The translations under genes were made by a program, and so were the position numbers. 47,116 nucleotides of DNA from a virus. Its lineage: Duplodnaviria > Caudoviricetes. Position 1 is the first letter of the stretch. Every line of letters begins with the position of its first letter. The notes beneath the pieces were generated by a model that had not been told where the DNA came from, ran no database searches, and worked only from the letters and a program-made list of their open reading frames with translations. The stretch lies in IMG/VR virus record IMGVR_UViG_3300010361_000017, positions 1 through 47,116 of that record. One strand, given 5' to 3'. Below are positions 44,401-47,116 of this stretch, in pieces.

Positions 44401-45121
44401 GTCCCACCTCCAGTAGGTTAGCAAGGATTTGTGTGTCCGCACCCGGGTCAGGTGGGGGTGCGGAGAAGTCTACAGGGTGTCCGATCTCCTTCCACTTCTC
44501 CCGACTTGCAGGGCCCAGTCCGAGTCCGTGCCAGCCCCGCCAGACAGGCGCCGAACTATCGATACTGTTCACTCCTGCGTGACGAAGCCCCCAGAATTCA
44601 CCCAGGTCACCTGCCGACATTCCAAGCGCGTGCAGGTAGATGTCAGGGAACATTAAGCGAATTCTGTATGCTCGAAGTGTCCGCTCAAGCGGGTGGGTTT
44701 TCATCAAGGATCGGGGCAGTCCAAAAGCACGAAAACCGCCGTCCTTAAAGTCAAGGATGTCCTGCCAGTCCATGTTTGGTTGAATGACCGCCATCCAAAT
44801 TGTATCCGTGATGCTACGCCACCGCTCACGGAACACAAACGCACTGCTGATGTTGGTCTCCCTGTCCCCTCCTATCACATCGGGACAGATCACGTATTGT
44901 GGCCGCCAGGTTTTCATCGCTTCGCTCATCAGTGACTGGTCAAACGGGAAACCTTCATATGCACCGTTGTCAAGAATGAGGGTATCACCCGCAGCCCTCC
45001 TGTCCTCATAGAACTTCCGATAGACCAGATCGTTGAAGTTCTGTACCAGTGGGAATTGATGCCTGCTTAAGGTCGCATATCTTTCAAGTCCCGCCGTTGG
45101 ACTAATCACACAGAATTTCAT
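44387..45121 (-). CDS. divergent tRNA-guanine-transglycosylase-fold (DpdA-like) protein
   Basis: LILDNGAYE, CPDVIG, MAVIQ, LHALG, SIDSSAP match the TGT/DpdA motif order; ATG 45121, ATGA overlap. Confidence 0.72.
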   Translation of the reverse strand: MKFCVISPTAGLERYATLSRHQFPLVQNFNDLVYRKFYEDRRAAGDTLILDNGAYEGFPFDQSLMSEAMKTWRPQYVICPDVIGGDRETNISSAFVFRERWRSITDTIWMAVIQPNMDWQDILDFKDGGFRAFGLPRSLMKTHPLERTLRAYRIRLMFPDIYLHALGMSAGDLGEFWGLRHAGVNSIDSSAPVWRGWHGLGLGPASREKWKEIGHPVDFSAPPPDPGADTQILANLLEVGLEPR

Positions 45122-45462
45122 TTTTCGTACATCTCCTTTCCGAGTTTGTGGTACCACAGTCTGAAGTGATAAACCGTTGCACTATTAAGGTTTGCCTGGA
45201 CCGCTGCATCACGGCTGGGTCCGTAAACGGCCACACGTGGATCCATCATGAGCAGCTTCCTTTGGGCTTCTGCACGGAGTCGGGCACCTCCCCTTGGGCG
45301 CCGGTCAATATCCGAGAGGACAAGCCGACGCCGGATGGTTGCGGCACCAAACCCCAGGAAGTCGTGCAGTTTCGAGATACTGTAGCGTGGGTAAAGTTTG
45401 GTCCACATATCTTTTTCATCGGCGAAGTTTAACGAGCGTGCGATACTATCCCAGTCTTCCAT
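45118..45462 (-). CDS. putative HTH DNA-binding protein
   Basis: YSISKLHDFLGFGAATIRRRL helix-turn-helix-like segment. Confidence 0.55.
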   Translation of the reverse strand: MEDWDSIARSLNFADEKDMWTKLYPRYSISKLHDFLGFGAATIRRRLVLSDIDRRPRGGARLRAEAQRKLLMMDPRVAVYGPSRDAAVQANLNSATVYHFRLWYHKLGKEMYEK

Positions 45463-45464
45463 GT

Positions 45465-45728
45465 TTAGGCTCCAAGTCCAAACGCTTTCCTTGCCTCCTT
45501 CCAGTTGAGTTTGGTTCCGTGAACACACGTGAACATCTTCTGCGCTTGTTCAACGTTTGCAGGTGAACGATCCTCAGGTACAAGCGCCTGCAGGGCTTCG
45601 GTGTGTGTCAGCGGCCTGCCAGAAGCAACCGCATACTTTAAGGGACAGGTAATAAGTGTTTCACCTGGCTTCCTTCTTGCACCTAGTACCTCAAGTACCT
45701 CACGTTCCTCCCTACTGATCTCAGTCAT
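45465..45728 (-). CDS. hypothetical protein
   Basis: ATG 45728 after GGAGG; 87 aa. Confidence 0.65.
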   Translation of the reverse strand: MTEISREEREVLEVLGARRKPGETLITCPLKYAVASGRPLTHTEALQALVPEDRSPANVEQAQKMFTCVHGTKLNWKEARKAFGLGA

Positions 45729-45730
45729 CC

Positions 45731-47113
45731 TTACCTCCCTGTTGTAAGATAACAATGTACCGTTGCATCGTGTTGTTCCCTAATTCTACCTCCCTCCTTC
45801 AGACTATTAAGCACGTTCCTTAAGGTGGCTGCATTCATCTTGTACTCTACGGCACGAACCAGGACACTATGATCGATTATGCCTCCGTGCTTTCCAACCA
45901 TCTTCAGGACGAACTCCGCTTGGACTCCGGCTTCAGCCTGGAACATACGTCGCACGGTGTCCGGCAGGAACCCTTCGGTCCACTGCACCAGATCAATTGC
46001 TCCGCGGGTACAGCGTTCACACACAACGCCGTTACGACATCCCGCCATATGGATGAGCATCGCCAGTTTGATACATCGATCAGGTCGCCGCTGCGCGTAG
46101 TTCGTAAGAACTTCTTCAGGTGCTCTCTTAAAGACCTCGCGCTGACTGTGATACCACTCGTCCCAGTACTGTCTCGCCGACGGATGGAACGACATCTGTC
46201 CTGAAAACTCTTTGAAGTTTGCAAGTCTAACGAGGAGCTTGGAACGAACCTCCGGATCAGGAACCGTGGGGATAGATTCCTCTCTGGCAGTATCTTCTTG
46301 TACGACCAGCATGAGTCGGTTGATGAAGCCACCGCCAAATGTATCTTCAGGAGTTGCCCGCACAAACCAGTCAAGTGTGCTCCCGCCAAGCATTGACAGG
46401 GCAACGTCACGGAGACCGGCCTTCCCCCTGCTAATAGTGCTCGAATCCCAGATATCCGGATTGTCCAGGAGCCGTGTGAGCAAGGGAACAAGGCCTTCAT
46501 TGTATCGTTGTTTGTTAAGGAACACTGCCAGTTCTGGGACATAGATTACCCCCGAGGCGCTGTCGCGCATTGCATCGATAAGTGCTTCTGGTGTCATCTT
46601 TTCGCTGTATATCTTAACGATACCCAGCTCCTGTAGCATTGTGATGCCGAGGTTCGTTCCAGTCGTCTTACGACAAATACCACTAGGAGCAATAAGGACC
46701 ACACTAAGATTAGGAAAAAGTTTGTAGACACCCATATCGAACCAAACACGACGCCCAACCACACTACCGACGCAACACAGAGACGTAAAGAGGTGAAACG
46801 CCAGGGGTGTTTCGCTATGGATGGTGTACTCACAATAGTCGTAGAAGAAACCGCGGGGGATAAGCCTCCACAGTTCGTGTTCGAGTTCGCTTGGGTCCCG
46901 GCCGTTTTGTACCGGTCGGATTTCCTCCTTGATCTTAGGTGAGACATGCTTGAGAAGTTCCTCCTGTGAGATGTTAAAGGTCCTGCAGACTGCATCGCGT
47001 AAAACGTCCTTTTGGGTTGCCTTTAGCTCTGTTGGAAAGTCCCTAAGCCATTGTATACTTCGGGTGAAGACCACGCTGTCGGTGTTTCGTTCCTCAGCAG
47101 GGATGGTCTCCAA
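45731..47113 (-). CDS. DUF3987-like P-loop NTPase (putative replicative helicase)
   Basis: SETPLAFH, FPNLSVVLIAPSGICRKTT, TPEAL, PELAVFL, GGFINR, C-terminal winged-helix-like region. Confidence 0.8.
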   Translation of the reverse strand: METIPAEERNTDSVVFTRSIQWLRDFPTELKATQKDVLRDAVCRTFNISQEELLKHVSPKIKEEIRPVQNGRDPSELEHELWRLIPRGFFYDYCEYTIHSETPLAFHLFTSLCCVGSVVGRRVWFDMGVYKLFPNLSVVLIAPSGICRKTTGTNLGITMLQELGIVKIYSEKMTPEALIDAMRDSASGVIYVPELAVFLNKQRYNEGLVPLLTRLLDNPDIWDSSTISRGKAGLRDVALSMLGGSTLDWFVRATPEDTFGGGFINRLMLVVQEDTAREESIPTVPDPEVRSKLLVRLANFKEFSGQMSFHPSARQYWDEWYHSQREVFKRAPEEVLTNYAQRRPDRCIKLAMLIHMAGCRNGVVCERCTRGAIDLVQWTEGFLPDTVRRMFQAEAGVQAEFVLKMVGKHGGIIDHSVLVRAVEYKMNAATLRNVLNSLKEGGRIREQHDATVHCYLTTGR

Positions 47114-47116
47114 CAG

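Noticed and set aside
1-47116. Stop-codon reassignment
   Set aside because: Core genes translate full length in the standard code; all three stops terminate genes at sensible boundaries.

Overview
The window looks like an essentially complete ~47 kb tailed-phage genome with a podovirus-like gene order and no integrase, tRNA or CRISPR array that I can see. Its two ends join in frame, so it is probably circular or permuted. Minus strand: a run of small early genes (9.2-15.3 kb) with several repeated structured RNA/DNA elements, and one long replication/DNA-modification operon that wraps across the window ends. That operon runs PD-(D/E)XK exonuclease, queC, AAA_24 ATPase, SSB, queD, queE, dATP/dGTP diphosphohydrolase, folE, UDG-like/3'-5' exonuclease, family A polymerase domain (missed by the ORF track), DUF3987-like helicase, TGT/DpdA-like enzyme and groES. 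Plus strand (15.5-43.9 kb): terminase, a clan GH-A glycoside hydrolase, portal, scaffold, capsid genes with a free-standing LAGLIDADG gene, tail fibre/spike genes, tail adaptor/nozzle, a GNAT, internal virion proteins, and a peptide/HExxE/PurD-like ATP-grasp trio. The most notable points are: (1) a 7-deazaguanine pathway coupled to a dNTP diphosphohydrolase and a split polymerase whose dNTP-binding motif B has lost near-invariant residues, suggesting replicative incorporation of a modified G; (2) four covarying 27-nt pseudoknots in front of early-region ribosome binding sites; (3) the ATP-grasp module. All family assignments come from motif recognition by eye; no searches were run.
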